Of a stretch of DNA of 64,000 bases, positions 24,529 through 37,990 are shown in pieces. Each line of letters begins with the position of its first letter. Within the stretch, counting starts at the first letter, position 1. Below the pieces are notes generated by a model, which searched no databases, had not been told where the DNA came from, and saw only the letters and a list, made by a program, of their open reading frames with translations. The DNA lies in the NCBI RefSeq assembly GCF_024521635.1, contig NW_026250405.1:1364001-1428000 (forward strand), read 5' to 3'. Made by a program: the position numbers and the translations under genes. This DNA is from Tricharina praecox. Lineage: Eukaryota.

Positions 24529-26692
24529 ATGTCGGCCCCAGAAGCTCTTGTAGCAACACCAGACGTATCTGCTAGCATTCCGATATCTCAACCTACCGCA
24601 GACTCCAAAACTGTCGGCGACGAGGCTACAGGCATATCATCGGCGCTCGAGATCCTGTCAATCGACGCCAAAGAGAAACCGCAAACTTTGAAAGATGATA
24701 CCATCACACGGGAAGATGCGTCTTTACCTCCGGGCAGTTCGGCGGTAACTTTGGATGAAGTTACTGTAAGCTCTCACCTCCCACCTCTCTTCTAGGTTCG
24801 ACCCGAAGCTGATGCCTTTCACAGAACGCACCGGCGAGTCAACTGAACGGTATCCCCTCAGTCATCCGGATATTGTCCCAGAATGGCGACTCTACTAGTG
24901 CGTCCTCTGGAACGTCGGATCGGTTATCGCCGGTCATCGTCGTCTCGCCTCAAGCGCAGGAACCCTTCGTTACACAACAACTGCAAACCATGCTGTGCGA
25001 TCCAGTTGACCAGCCGGACCCTCGTCTGATAGATGCGCTGGAGAATCCACGAGACCGTATCTTTGTGATCAAGCTGGAGAAAGACATCGTTGCGTTTATC
25101 GAGAACAAAAAGTGTGGTGAAAGCCCAGGGGTTTGACGTACTCCGCATGCTAACGTGCTTATCAGTTGCGAGATTTTTGACATGCCTCCTATAAACTCTT
25201 ACCACCGTCTTTTGGCGCACAAGATGGCTGAATACTACCGGCTTACCCACGTGGCCGACTCTTCCGGCGCGTCAGTACGCATGTTCCGCGGCGAGGCAGC
25301 ACGAATGTATGGCATCCAGCAACTCACGCATGCTACAAGGCTGACGAATAATATAGACCCACCACCTCACTTTCAGCCTGGCCGGTAGCGGCACAGCAAA
25401 TCCAGAAGGCAGTTTCGAGTGGTGTGATACCAGCTGTCAAGATCATGCGACGCGGAGGTGGATCCGATACCCCACCAAGAGGCTCCTCCAAAACCAGGAA
25501 AGCAGGCTCTGACACTTCGTCCGACAACGATAACTCCGTTGTCACCTCGAACTCAAAGACCACCCGGGAAGAGCGGGAGGCTGCTTACCAACAGGCCCGA
25601 GCTCGAATCTTCAAGGATTTCGTGGAATCGCCTCCGGAGACCCCGCCGCCGGGAAAGCAGGAAAAGTCCCGCAGACAGGACAAGAATGACGACTTCTCCG
25701 GACGTTCGCAGTTCTTCCCTGTGATGACCCAGCCGTATCTTCCTACCCATGGCTACCACGATCCGATGCAGCCGACAATGCCAACCATGTCTGTCATGGC
25801 CAACATGCAACCAATCATGCAGCCAACTATGCACCAGCCGCTGCAGCAGCAACAGATCCCTCAGAATCACATCTCTCAGCAGCGATTCAATCCGACAGCA
25901 AACTTTACCCCGTCGCCGCAGTTCCCACATTCTGGTCCACCACCTTATTCGACGTTGCCGTCTGTAAGGTCGTATCCGAACATGAATACCAGGATCACGA
26001 CGCGGGGAATGGGATACCCAATGCCCCCCACACACCAACAGCCGACAGCGCAACCGCTCTACCCCCAACAACAGCAGCCGCAGCCGCAACAGCAGCAGCA
26101 GAACAGCAGCTACTATCCGAACCCGGCGCAATCTCCACAGACCATGCACAGCAGCCGTAGTTTCAACCCGAATCTGCCACAGCCGCAAATGATGCAATCT
26201 TCGTACAGCTCCGGTGGTAGTGGGTTCCAACAGCATCAGAGCCAGCATGTCATCCAGCCGCACCACGGAATGCAGCCATCGCACGGCATGCAATCCCACC
26301 ACAACATGCAGCCACCACAGCAATTCAACAACCCCGCAACCTCGCCTTCCCTCGTGAACAGATCTCTTCAGCAGCAGCAACAGCATTACCCACTGCAGCA
26401 CCAGATGCCATTCAACGTACAAGTGAGCCCCACGCCGCAACGCATGCCGCAGCAGCAGCAGCAGCCTCACCTGGGCTGGGGAAACGTCGGACAGCAGTCT
26501 CCTCTCAACGGCGGCATCGCCATGGCCCCACGCTCTAGTAGTGCGCCGGGACACCACGTGATGGACGGCGGTATGAACGGGTTTGGGCCGGCAGGAGGAC
26601 CCTGGGGTGGCCAGCACGGGGGATGGAACGGTGGTGCGGTTGGAGGAGGTGCCGCTGGTGGTGGCGGTGGAGGGATGAATATGCGCATGTAG
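24529..26692 (+). CDS. R3H and SUZ domain RNA-binding protein with Q/P-rich tail, multi-exon
   Basis: DPRLIDALENPRDRIFVIKLEKDI; R3H motif PPINSYHRLLAHKMAEYYRLTH; SUZ motif KTTREEREAAYQQARARIF. Confidence 0.9.
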
Positions 26693-27064
26693 ATGGGGAC
26701 CCTTCTTCCGTCACTCGTTTTGTTTCTTCTACCTACCTACCTATCACCACCACCCTTACTTACATACCTCTACTCCCCTCTACCCCCGCTACTACCGTAC
26801 GATAGCGTAATTCTCTTTTCCTTCCTTTCTTTCTTTCTATCCATTGTAGGTACTTAGCTATTAGTTTAGCTTACGTAGTTGGGTTGGGCAGAGCAAAAAC
26901 AAAATGGGAGGGGGCTGTGTTTTCGTCGTCAATTCGTCAATTCGTCAATTCGTTGTTTCTTTGCTTGTAATTCGTTTTTAGTTTTGTGCCCGGTACTTCT
27001 GTCTGTCTTTCTTTCTTGTCTTGTCTTGTCTTGGGGGAGTTAGGTCGGTCACAAAGGGGGGTCT

Positions 27065-27576
27065 GGATGGGATGGGATGGGATGGGATGGGATGGGATGG
27101 GATGGGGATTAGTAGGCGATGGTTGGGGGTTGGGGGTTGGGGGAAAAATGTTGTACGTGTTTTTTTGCTTATTTTTTTTCTGTCGGGTCTGTGGATCAGT
27201 GGTGGCGTGAGGATGAAGAGGTAGTATGGGGTAGTATGGGGTAGTAGGTATGGGGGACGTGCAATGTCATGAGGATGAGGATAAAATGAAGGATGAAGCG
27301 GAGGATGATGCGGAAGCTGGAGCTGTGATCGTGATGTGATGTGATGTGATGTGATGTGATGTGATGTGATGTGATGTGATGTGCTGAATGAATGATGCAT
27401 TGTGGGGTGCTGTGGGGTGCTGTGGCGAGGGGGGGAGGGCGGGGGATGCGTATTGCCATGTAAGGATGGGGAATTCACTGATTACCTAGGCAGGTAGGTT
27501 GGTAGGATGTAGGCACTCCACTGCAGCAGTCCAGAGCCCTCATCCATCCATCCATCCATCCATCCATCCATCCATC
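27065..27576. repeat. Microsatellite cluster: (GGATG)~8, (GTGAT)10 at 27331-27380, (CATC)9 at 27541-27576
   Basis: Directly visible in the interval between two convergent 3' ends. Confidence 0.9.
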
Positions 27577-27744
27577 CCACGGACCAGGGTGAATTACATT
27601 CCATTCGTTGCGCACACATGAACATAAACAAAAGTTCGTTAGATATCATATTCTCTTCTCTCGCTCATATCCGTATACAATCCCATCCCATCATCCCATC
27701 ATTCCATCCTCCATCCCATCCCCATCCTCCGAACCCGCCATCCC

Positions 27745-30489
27745 TCAGCCTTCGTATCCCTCAGCGTCATCGTACCCAGCACCGGTGGGCCGCCCCTCGG
27801 TAATACCAGGGATCGGGTTCCAATCTCGATAGATCGGGATTCCGTCCGGTGTGGCGGGGTGCTCCACTACCACACTGGTCACGGCAACCTTCAGGTCCTC
27901 GCCGCAGGTGCGGCGGTCAACGTTGCCGTGGGCTTCATCGTTCTGCCGGCGGTATCATTATTATCGAGGTAAGGATTAAGGAGAGAGGGGGGGCACATAC
28001 GTGGTGAATTCTCCAATGCAGATTCTGCTTAAGATACGGTTCGACATGTTGTTGCTCTAGTGATCCGACCTCGGCAATCCTTTCCAAGAGTGCAGACGTA
28101 AGCGGTACGGAGCCAGTGACGGCGAGATTCTGCTCAGCGTTTTTCTTGCAGTTCTCGCAGCCGGTGGTTTCGATGTTGTTTGCGAAGACGTGGAGGGAGC
28201 CGACGAGGTTGGGGTCGAAGGGGCGCTGTCGGTAGTCCTCCGTGAACGGACCAAGGAATACGTGCACCACGTACGACCCGTTGAAACTGTACTTCGGCGC
28301 CCGGATGTTCGCGAAGTACTCCCGGTGGCTGTTGTTCTTCACGATCGTGCTGATGGGGACGTCGAGTTCGATTACCTTGCGCTCGTAGGCTGCGGTGGTA
28401 TTAGCTACATACTTATTTGGGATAGGGGGAGCGGGGAGCGGAGTTACCAGCGGCGGTTTTCTTGATCGCTTCGCCGGCGGCCTTGAGAGGGCCCGAGGTG
28501 GCCCGCTCAACGGATTCGATGGCCGCACGGACTTGCGGCGGAGCAGCGGCTTTGGCGGCCTCTGTTGCCTTGGCTACGCCGGTGGTGGCGGCATCCACCC
28601 CCTTCGATACTGCAGCAGCGACGTCGCGCACCCCGAAATGATGGGTCTTGGCGGGAGAGGCGGCGGTGGCGGCGTGGGGACCTGCTCTCGGAGTGGAGCC
28701 AGAGGGAGCAGCAGCCGCGTGAAGGGGCTGCTGTGGAGCCGGGGTTGTGGCCGCTTGAGCTGGGCCACGGGGAATCGCGTCAGCAGCAGCCTGCAGCGCA
28801 CTCTTTGGTTTTTCCGGGGCTGCGTTTGAGGCTGCGGTTGAGGCTGCGGTTGGGGCTGCAGCTCCTGGCCGGGGCTCGAGTGGGGGCATATCGCCGCCGG
28901 GGGCAGATGCAAGGGAAATGAATGGGCTTCCCGCCGGTGCCGATGAGCGGGCTGCATTCAGGAGCGAGCCGGCAGTCGTCTGGTTTGCGTACAGAGTTTT
29001 GACTGAAGCGGCTACTTTTGTACGGAGCTGTGCCCGGCTGACATTGGGAACGTTCCAATCTGCCAGCTCGGGGTAAGTATAGCCGAAGGTTTTGAAGTCG
29101 CGGCAGTCATTTGATGTCCAGTAGGCGCTGTCAGTCCGGTGAAAGGGGACGAGTGCTGAGACGTGAAGGTCAGTTGTGGACATCAAAAGGACTAATATGG
29201 GGTTACTTACGGGTGTTTTCTTCCTCTTTAGTTCCTGACCACCAGTGGAATGTGTGCTCAGTCTCGGCTTTGATACCGAAGTCCCAGTTCATATCATCTT
29301 CAGGGTGAAGTGCCTGCCATAGTGCCCACATGCGGTCGATATTGCAGTGGTGGAGCCAAAAAATGGGATCAAAGCTGATGTCTCATTAGCACTGTGGTGT
29401 CATCATATCGAACTGGAAACCCTACCCAGCATATCCTGGATCGCCCATGTGTCCACTCCCTCCAATCATGCCATGGAGCGAGTTGTGAACCGACTCGATG
29501 GAGTCGTAATCGGAGGAGCGGCCGTTCACCACCCACCTATCATTGCTGAAGGCTGCATACGTAGGATACCTGTTCTGTTCGACGTTCAAAAGATGCCAGA
29601 TTCTCTCTCGGAGACTTCAATATGTTAGCCATCGTATGATTATCAGGGTGCATCACAGATGGCACCTACTTGATCCAAGGACCCCTTCGTCCGCCGAAAC
29701 GATCTTGCGTATCCCTCCTTTCTATATCCGTCTTAATATTAGTCAGGATCGCGTCCTGACTTTCCATCGAAGAATCCGTAAGAGGATGACGCAACGTCTG
29801 CGTCCAGTTCCTATACTTCCCGGGGGGGAAGTCATTGGTATTCTGGAATCTGTAGCTGTAGAGCGGATTGGGGATGGTGACTGTTCCCGTGGGCTTCTCA
29901 ACTTGAACCGTCTTTTGGAGGATGAGAGGGTGTATCGCCGGCTTGGAAGCCCAGTCCCAGTATCTGTCTTTTTGTAAGGATGGATGCGACTTGGTGCGTG
30001 GAATAGTTACTCACGGGAGTCTGAAAGTCACAGCTGCGGCTGCCAGACGATCACGCTTTGCACCAGCTGGGAACGCCTTGACGGCTGTTTGGATGTCCTC
30101 GTACAAGACCGTCTCCGCCAGGGCCAGGTACGGCCTGTGCCAGGACAGAAAGAGGACCTGCGACCGAGTAAGCTTTACATGGACGACTTTCATGATGCGT
30201 AAGGGTCATATACACTACTGTGGGTGCAATATCCACCCGGCTTCTGCCCGTTCCTCCCTTCGCCATCCCACACAGTGTACGGTCTTCCATGAATACCAGC
30301 AATCTGGTACCATGATTTCATATCACTATGGGGACGGGCCTGCATGCGCTCAAGGCCGAGGAGAAGGATGGTTTTGCGATCCGCATCCTGAAGATAGGTG
30401 TTGATCTCCATGCGGGCTGGCATCTGGTTGTTGGTGCCTTGCCCGCGGCCGCCTTGGACACCAGTGATGTTGATCTTTCTGGTGGCCAT
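27745..30489 (-). CDS. Fungal tyrosinase (type-3 copper) with C-terminal shielding domain, multi-exon
   Basis: CuA region [31 protein letters not shown]; CuB region [41 protein letters not shown]-terminal domain with CENC motif and [10 protein letters not shown]. Confidence 0.95.
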
Positions 30490-31642
30490 TGTGAAATGAC
30501 CGGTCTGTCTGCGATTTTTGGATTGTTTGGGAAATCAGAGAGGATGGGATTGAATCCTTGAGGGGAATTGAGGATGTAAATGAAAGGGGATCTGGTGGGC
30601 ATATTTATATATGATGTGGACAGTGGTGGGGGAACTACCATGATGATGGGCATCCAAGAAGTGGCGACTGAACTTGATCACGATTCCGATTGCAGGCGCA
30701 CGAAGGAGCAGCTCATACGCAGCGAAACAATTGACCAATCCGAGACAGTGAATCCCGCAGCTGATGGTAGAGAAGATAAATCCTCTAGGATGGGTTGCAG
30801 GATCGATGCAGATGTGCCGTACGAAGCCCGGCCAGGCCGCTTTGAATTCGGGGTTATCGTGGAGGTACATTCAGCCCTACGAGAATGACGATGCGATTGG
30901 CTCGCTATAGCTAACCTGCAGGAGTGTCTGCGTAAAGTAAAGTTGGCCCTAGGATGTATTCGTAGGCGGCGATCAACCGCCCTCCCTGGGGATTTCTGGC
31001 GGGGATCGTTGCCACTGCGGGGTAATAAAAAGGCCTTGGTTGCCACAAAATGGCCCACCATGAAATGGCCTGATCCGGATGGCATCTAGAGAAATGTTCT
31101 TCTCCTAGGTAGAGTGCTATTCGATCACGATGCCGTGCATCGTTTTTGTGGAAGCCGAATTCTTCTGTCCGCCTCAAACATGCAGTCCGACCCAAGTGAT
31201 GCCCAATATGACCAATCAAATGAAACACATGTCCCCGTGCTGAGGTGCAGCATCTCAGCTTAAGTTGATGGGAAAATCCTAGCTCGAGTCTCGACTACAT
31301 ACGTTACGTGCCGCGTCGGAGTAGGAGCTAGTAAGACATGCCTTTCAAAAGTCGCCCATCGAGTATCTTCAGGTCGGGAAGGGGTTGCACCGAAGTGCAG
31401 CATCTCAGCTTCAAAACGATGCGGAAATCAGAGCTCTCCCGGCTCCGTGCAGCGTTGGAGTAGGCGCTATCAGGACGATGTCGTCCACCAGTGCCCGAAA
31501 TAGCCACATCTTCGGGTGGGTAGAGATGGATGGGATTGATTGGTTGAACGCAATCGCTGCCGTGCCACACGCTGTCTGACCCGTGGGGTGGTTTGACGAG
31601 ATGTCGCCTACAGACGGGAGGTCGTTGCGGAGAGGTTGGCGG

Positions 31643-31691
31643 CCGCGTTGACCACCCCCGCGTTGACCACCCCCGCGTTGATCACCCCCGC
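31643..31691. repeat. 3 x 15-bp direct repeat (CCGCGTTGACCACCC) in the divergent promoter region
   Basis: Visible tandem units between the tyrosinase and kinase genes. Confidence 0.85.
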
Positions 31692-31818
31692 ATTTCACCC
31701 CTCACGAACCAGTCTGGTGTAACGTCAATTAGCTTCATCACCGCATCAACATCTCTAGCCGAGAATCAGCCACCTCCCGTGTGATACTACAACTTTGCCA
31801 GTCAGAGACAGTATTGAT

Positions 31819-32705
31819 ATGCAAGATCAGGCCCACTCTCTCGTCGAAGAAGCTGCCGGTAGGTGATCGCTGACAGTCTGCCTGTTCATTCTCGCTGACC
31901 ACCAAAAAGCCCGCTTCGAGTCCATCCCTTCAAACCAACGACTCTTGATTTCCGTTGCTGGCATTCCAGGCAGCGGCAAGACGACATTGGCAGCTCATGT
32001 CGTCCGAGGGCTGAACGAGAAGCTCGGAGGAGCAGTTGCAGCCATGGTTCCGATGGTAGGGTCATATGAAACAAAAGTAACTGGCTGAAGTAAACATCGC
32101 TGACGACCACGCGTTATAGGATGGATACCATTATACCCGTGCCCAGCTCTCTGCAATGCCAGATCCCGCGCGGGCCCATTACTGTCGCGGAGCACATTGG
32201 ACCTTCGATCCTATTGGCCTTGCAAAACTCATTGTTGCCTGCAAGGCCCCGATATCGGAGACGGAGCCGCCAACAATTTATGCAGCGAGCTTCGATCACG
32301 CTGTGAAGGATCCGGTGGAGAACGATATTCCTATCAAACCCACCCAGAGGTAGGCTACAACCCAAAGCCCTATGCGCATCCTGAAAGAGCGGGAAAATAA
32401 TGTTCGTCGGCTTTAGGATCCTCGTGTTCGAAGGAAACTATCTTTCCCTTTCAGCCCCGGAGGAATGGACTGCTGTATCAGCATTGTTTGACATGCGGTG
32501 GTTCGTGGAAGTCGATGAGAACCTGGCGAAGCAAAGGCTGGCAAAACGACATGTTGCGGCGGGAATATCTGCAACTTTAGAGGATGGAGTGGCGCGAGCT
32601 GAGGGAAACGATATACCCAATGGGCGGTTCTTATTGGAGAATCGTGTGCCAGTCGACATTGTGATCGAGAGCAAAAACGATCTCAGCTTTGCTGCAATAG
32701 TTTGA
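31819..32705 (+). CDS. P-loop kinase of the uridine kinase/phosphoribulokinase-like family (YFH7-like), 4 exons
   Basis: Walker A AGIPGSGKTT, VPM|DGYH, RGAHWTFD, ASFDHAVKDP, FEGNYL, RLAKRHVAAGI, NDIPNG. Confidence 0.9.
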
Positions 32706-32979
32706 GGATGGGATTGGGTTATGAAGGGTGTTTCGCTGTCATGATCTGCGGATCTCATTCGGTGCATCAGCTTCAGCGGTTAGGGTTAGATTTGGCTATC
32801 TGCCTATGGAAAATACCAACTCTGAGAAGCTTACGCTTTTACCATCCCGTTGTCGTGTCTCCGTTGTCTGGTATTGCTAGTCAGGCTGAACTTACCTGCC
32901 CAACCATGGTTGTTGCCGGGAGCAATATTATTAATGCCGTAACTATGTGCGTTGGTGATCAGCTGATAGGCGGGCTCAT

Positions 32980-33355
32980 TGAAGAGAAACAGCAGGAGTG
33001 GCCCCGATTCCTCGACCTCAGTGCCCTCCTTCTCCTCTCGCCTCCTCTCCGCCTGTCTCTCTTCCCGTGCTCTCAACTCCCACTCCGACGCCTCACTGGC
33101 TGCGTCTTTCTCACCGCCCTGCGGGACCCGCCTGTCCACATCATTGGTGGCGAGAAAGTCTAGAATGATCTGGCTGCATCGCTCGTCCGCGAAGAGGTTT
33201 CGAATCTGGAAGTCATCCTTTCCTTGACTGTCTCCTTCCGAACCTCTGCCCATAGGATCTTAATTCTGTTAGGTCTTCCATTCGGGGCAGTACTTGAATA
33301 GGTGCTCTCCGGTCTGGGTCTTGTAGCGACACCATTCGCACCGGGCATCCGGGCG
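32980..33355 (-). mobile_element. Degenerate 3' fragment of a non-LTR (LINE) retrotransposon ORF2
   Basis: Frameshifted translation CEWCRYKTQTGEHLFKYCPEW*..KILWAEVRKET..IRNLFADERCSQIILDFLATNDV resembles the C-terminal CCHC zinc-finger region of fungal LINE pol proteins. Confidence 0.75.
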
Positions 33356-33647
33356 TCTCTTCGTCTACTGGAGGTATGATACCACAGATTCCTATGTAGC
33401 ATTAAAATTGCTCGCGTGCCTGAGACTGCGAGTGACAAATAATGATGACCCGAACCCCGCAATGTGCCACGACGCTAGGAAGGCGGACCAATAACCTTGC
33501 TCGCAAAACGGCATTTCTTAAAATTTCAGCCCCCAGGGCTTCCGAAATTTTGCCATTGCATCCGCCTCCCGACTCCGACAAGGTTAATAAAAGGGCCCAC
33601 GGATCTTCCTCGCTTCTCTGTACCTTCCTTGAGGACAATATCGCCCG

Positions 33648-36136
33648 ATGCAGTCAACACGGTTATTACAAGCGGCGGCGCGCAGTGGCCGGAGAGGAGG
33701 CCTCACGGTAATGAAATTGCTGACTATTGAATTTGCTTGAAGCCTCGCTAATCCGTTGTAGAAAAGTCACAATCTCCTGCGACAAGCTTCTACTGCTCCC
33801 TCCAGCTTCCGCCCCAATGTCTGCCCACCGTACGCGAAGCTCGTCGAGAAGCTGTCCGAAGTCCGCCGTGTGCTTGGCTCCGGGCAGGGCCTTACGCTCG
33901 CCGAGAAGATCCTCTACTCGCATCTCGACAACCCCGAGGAAGCATTGAGCGGTCTCAATGGCAAAATCCGTGGTGAAGCCTACCTCAAGCTCAAGGTCGA
34001 CCGAGTAGCTATGCAGGATGCGTCTGCGCAGATGGCACTGCTCCAGTTCATGACCTGTGGCCTCCCCAACACTGCTGTGCCAGCATCGATCCACTGCGAC
34101 CACATGATTGTCGGGGAGCGCGGTGCAGACGTCGACTTGCCCAAGTCTATTGCCGGAAACAAGGAGGTTTTTGACTTCCTAGAATCCGCGGCGAAGAAGT
34201 ACGGTATTGCGTTCTGGGCTCCCGGATCAGGAATTATCCACCAGATTGTGCTGGAGAACTACGCAGCGCCCGGGTTGATGATGCTCGGAACGGATTCGCA
34301 CACACCTAATGGAGGTGGTCTCGGTGCTATTGCTATTGGTGTCGGTGGTGCAGACGCCGTTGACGCTCTTGTCGACGCACCTTGGGAGTTGAAGGCGCCC
34401 AAAGTCTTGGGTGTTCGACTTGAGGGACAGTTGAGCGGGTGGGCTACCCCCAAGGATGTGATCCTGAACCTTGCCGGAAGATTGACCGTGCGTGGCGGTA
34501 CCGGATACATCATTGAGTACCACGGACCTGGCGTGGAGACCCTTAGTGCAACCGGTATGGGAACCATCTGCAACATGGGAGCTGAGGTTGGAGCTACTAC
34601 ATCACTCTTCCCGATGACCGAGAGCACGATTGCCTACCTGAACGCCACCAACCGTGGATTCGTTGCAGAGGCCGCTAAGGATATCAACAAGCAGCACAAC
34701 TTCCTCCGTGCCGATAAGAACGCCAAGTACGACGAGGTGATCACCATTAACCTCTCCGAGCTGGAGCCCCATATCAACGGTCCCTTTACCCCCGACTTGT
34801 CTACACCCTTGTCCAAGTTTAAGGATGTCGTGAAAGAGCAAAACTGGCCCGAGAAGCTCTCCGCCGGTCTCATTGGTTCTTGCACCAACAGCTCCTACCA
34901 GGATATGATGCGCGCCGAGCACCTAGTCAAGCAAGCTGAGGCTGCGGGACTTAAGCCCAAGGCTGACTTCTTCGTCACTCCCGGAAGTGAGCAGATTCGT
35001 GCTACTTTGGAGAGAGATCAGACACTCAACGTGTTTGAGAAGGCTGGAGGAACTGTCCTTGCTAATGCATGTGGACCCTGCATTGGACAGTGGAAGCGAA
35101 CGGATGATGTGAAGAAGGGCGATACCAACGCTATCTTCACCTCTTACAACCGCAACTTCCGTTCCCGTAACGACGGAAGCCCCGAAACCATGAACTTCCT
35201 TGCCTCACCGGAGGTAGGTTCGTTTCTATCCCATTTCCAGTTCAAGTGCTCATTTAGCCACAGCTTGTCACCGCCATGATTTACTCTGGCAGCACAACCT
35301 TCAACCCCATCACCGATTCCATTCCTACTTCCGACGGGGGATCTTTCAAGTTTTCGCCCCCTACCGGACCCGAGCTTCCCTCCAACGGTTTCATTCCCGG
35401 AAACAAAGACTTTTCTCCTTTCGCTGGCGTCATCGAGCCATCTCCCGAGACCCCCGTCGTTGTTTCTCCCACATCTAACCGCCTCGCTCTCCTCGAGCCC
35501 TTCAAGCCCTTTGGAAACTCAGAGCTCAAGGATCTGAAGGTCCTCTTCAAGGTCAAGGGTAAGTGCACGACCGATCACATCTCCGCCGCCGGAGCGTGGC
35601 TCAAATACAAGGGCCATCTCGAGAACATTGCAAACAACACCCTGATCGGCGCCATGAACGCCGAGACGGAGGAGGTGAATGTTGCGTACGACTTCGATGG
35701 CAAGTCTATGGGCATTCCCGAGCTAGCACGCAAGTGGCAGTCCGAACGCCAGGAGTGGCTCGTAGTCGCCGAGACCAACTACGGCGAGGGCTCCGCGCGT
35801 GAGCACGCTGCTCTTCAGCCCCGATACCTCGGCGGCCGCGTCATCCTTGCCAAGTCCTTCGCCCGCATCCACGAGACCAACCTCAAGAAGCAGGGCATCG
35901 TCCCATTGACCTTCGCCAACGAGGCGGACTACGACCTCATGGCCGCCTGCGATAGCGTTACTACCGTCGGCCTGTTGGAGATGCTCCAGAACCATGGCAA
36001 GGGAGAGGTTGCCCTGGAGCTCACCAAGCGTGACGGATCAAAGCATACTATTCCCGTCAAGCACACTTTCTCCAAGGACCAGAGTGGCTATGTCCTCGCT
36101 GGAAGCGCGCTGAACCTGCTCTCCAAGAAGGATTAG
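33648..36136 (+). CDS. ACO2: Mitochondrial aconitase-family protein, Aco2/AcoB (homocitrate dehydratase) type; exons 33648-33707, 33762-35213, 35264-36136
   Basis: DRVAMQDASAQMALLQFMTCG..PASIHCDH, LIGSCTNSS, ANACGPCIGQW, NYGEGSAREHA, SFARIHETNLKKQG; presequence MQSTRLLQAAARSGRR. DASAQ, PASIHCDH and RNFRSRNDG variants favour Aco2 over Aco1. Confidence 0.92.
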
Positions 36137-37990
36137 ATCTGGCATCGGTGGAGGGTGTGGAAGGAAGGAAGGAAGTGCGAATATCTTTTGAACTTTTTTC
36201 TCATGTTTGGAATCGTTTGGTTTTGGTGCTCAAAAGGGAATCGTTTGGTTTTTCATTTCAGTGAAGATATTGTTGTTTCATATCATGGGTTGCGTGGATG
36301 GATGGATGAATGTAGTCCGTGTCGTGTCGTGGAGAACGCACGTACGATAATACGGTGCGGTGCGTAGGAATATCTGGTAAATTCAGCTGCTGGGAAAGTA
36401 CAATGAGTGATAGCCGTGTAATTGCTTGGTTCATTTCGTGGCCATTCATACCCATCACTCGCTATTGAGTTTCCTCTCATGGTCTGTATCACGCAAATAT
36501 TTCCACAATAGCATCTGCCACTCCAATAGAAAACATGCACCATTCAAATTTCATTTACACCCTCGGGTGTCAAGAGGAATGCATCGTGCTGGTTGATGCT
36601 CGTCTCGCACCACTTGGGCACCGCTTCGCACATCGCTACCGTTAAGGGCCCGTTTGGATGGCCTCAGTTTTCAGTTCCAGTTTTAGAGCCAAATTCAGTT
36701 CCCCGCCGGGACACCGAGTAGGTACTGTTCAATTTTAGTTTCCGGAAAACTTTGGGGGTGAACAGAGTGTTTGGCAGTTCTCAGTACATATACTCAGCCA
36801 TAAGTTTGGGCAGAAAGGCGACGAGCCAGTCGAGCCTGGGGTCAACAACCCCAGCGATGCAGAGAATGCCGAGAAAACTGGCATATTTTCCGAGGATATT
36901 GAGCGGTGGGACCTGCATAATTACGACGAGGACGAGGTGAGGTTGAATCTCGGGATTTAGCCTTAAATGTTTCGGTGGTGGTGTTTGGGTCTCGGGGGTT
37001 GCATTCGGGGTCGTCCGGGGGTTCGGGTTTACGCGAAATTTGTATGTATGGTCCAAGAGGCACCGAGGACACTTCGGGCACCGGAGTGGCGATCGGGGCC
37101 GGGAGCCGAATGGCGAACCGTCAGCTATTATCTGCATACATGTATAACTATAGAGGACCTACTCTATGACGATACGAATAAGCATCAAGTATCCTATCAC
37201 AATACTCCTACATTTCACACATTGGAAAACAAAAAATAAAAGAGAAAGGGCAACGAATACGTGGTGCGGGCTTTATTCGCTGGGGCTTTTCTTTTCAAGT
37301 CTCTGTTCATGATTGGTGGCTTGTCCCGAGTTTTGTCTTCCTCATCCGAGGACTGCGGTCCTGCGGAACGTACATAACCGGTAATTTTTTGCCGGACGAT
37401 AAGGAGGTCTGTCTGCCATGATGGTATCCGGAATGCTGGGAGGAGGGATAGATCGCCATGCCGGATACCCGCTTTCCCACTGGACTTGACCCCGATGCGA
37501 GGTGTACGTGTACGCGCCTGTGCACATACAACGAAAGCCTTGCCCCGTGTTCTTTATTTGCACTTGAGACTGTAGATACCCTCTTATCTATTTCTAGCCT
37601 TCTATGGGAGAATTGAAACGATATACCCAAGGACTTGCACAATACTATGGGTGCGCTGTAAGGCTTTTGGTTGCTTCTCCCCGTGGAACCCGGCGGGCTG
37701 CCGCTGGGTTCGTGCTTAGGTGTACTGAGTCTATATTCTTCACTGGGGGCTCATAGTAGTGGTACATAACATCACCAAGAGTCAGAACGCAATATTTAAT
37801 TGTTTCGGTTCCTGAGTGTTTTTTTTGTGGATACAGGTATCATGTATGCAGTCTAGGCTGACTCTGCGGTGGAACTTACACATAGAGATACCCACGTAGG
37901 TGATTACTCATGAATGCGTCCCCAGAGTAATAACTCATCGGATGAACTGGCAGCACCGGATAATACCTAGAACAATGGTTGATTCCAATA

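Noticed and set aside
8236..30489. Copper gene cluster (Ctr transporter + tyrosinase)
   Set aside because: About 19 kb apart and separated by unrelated housekeeping genes
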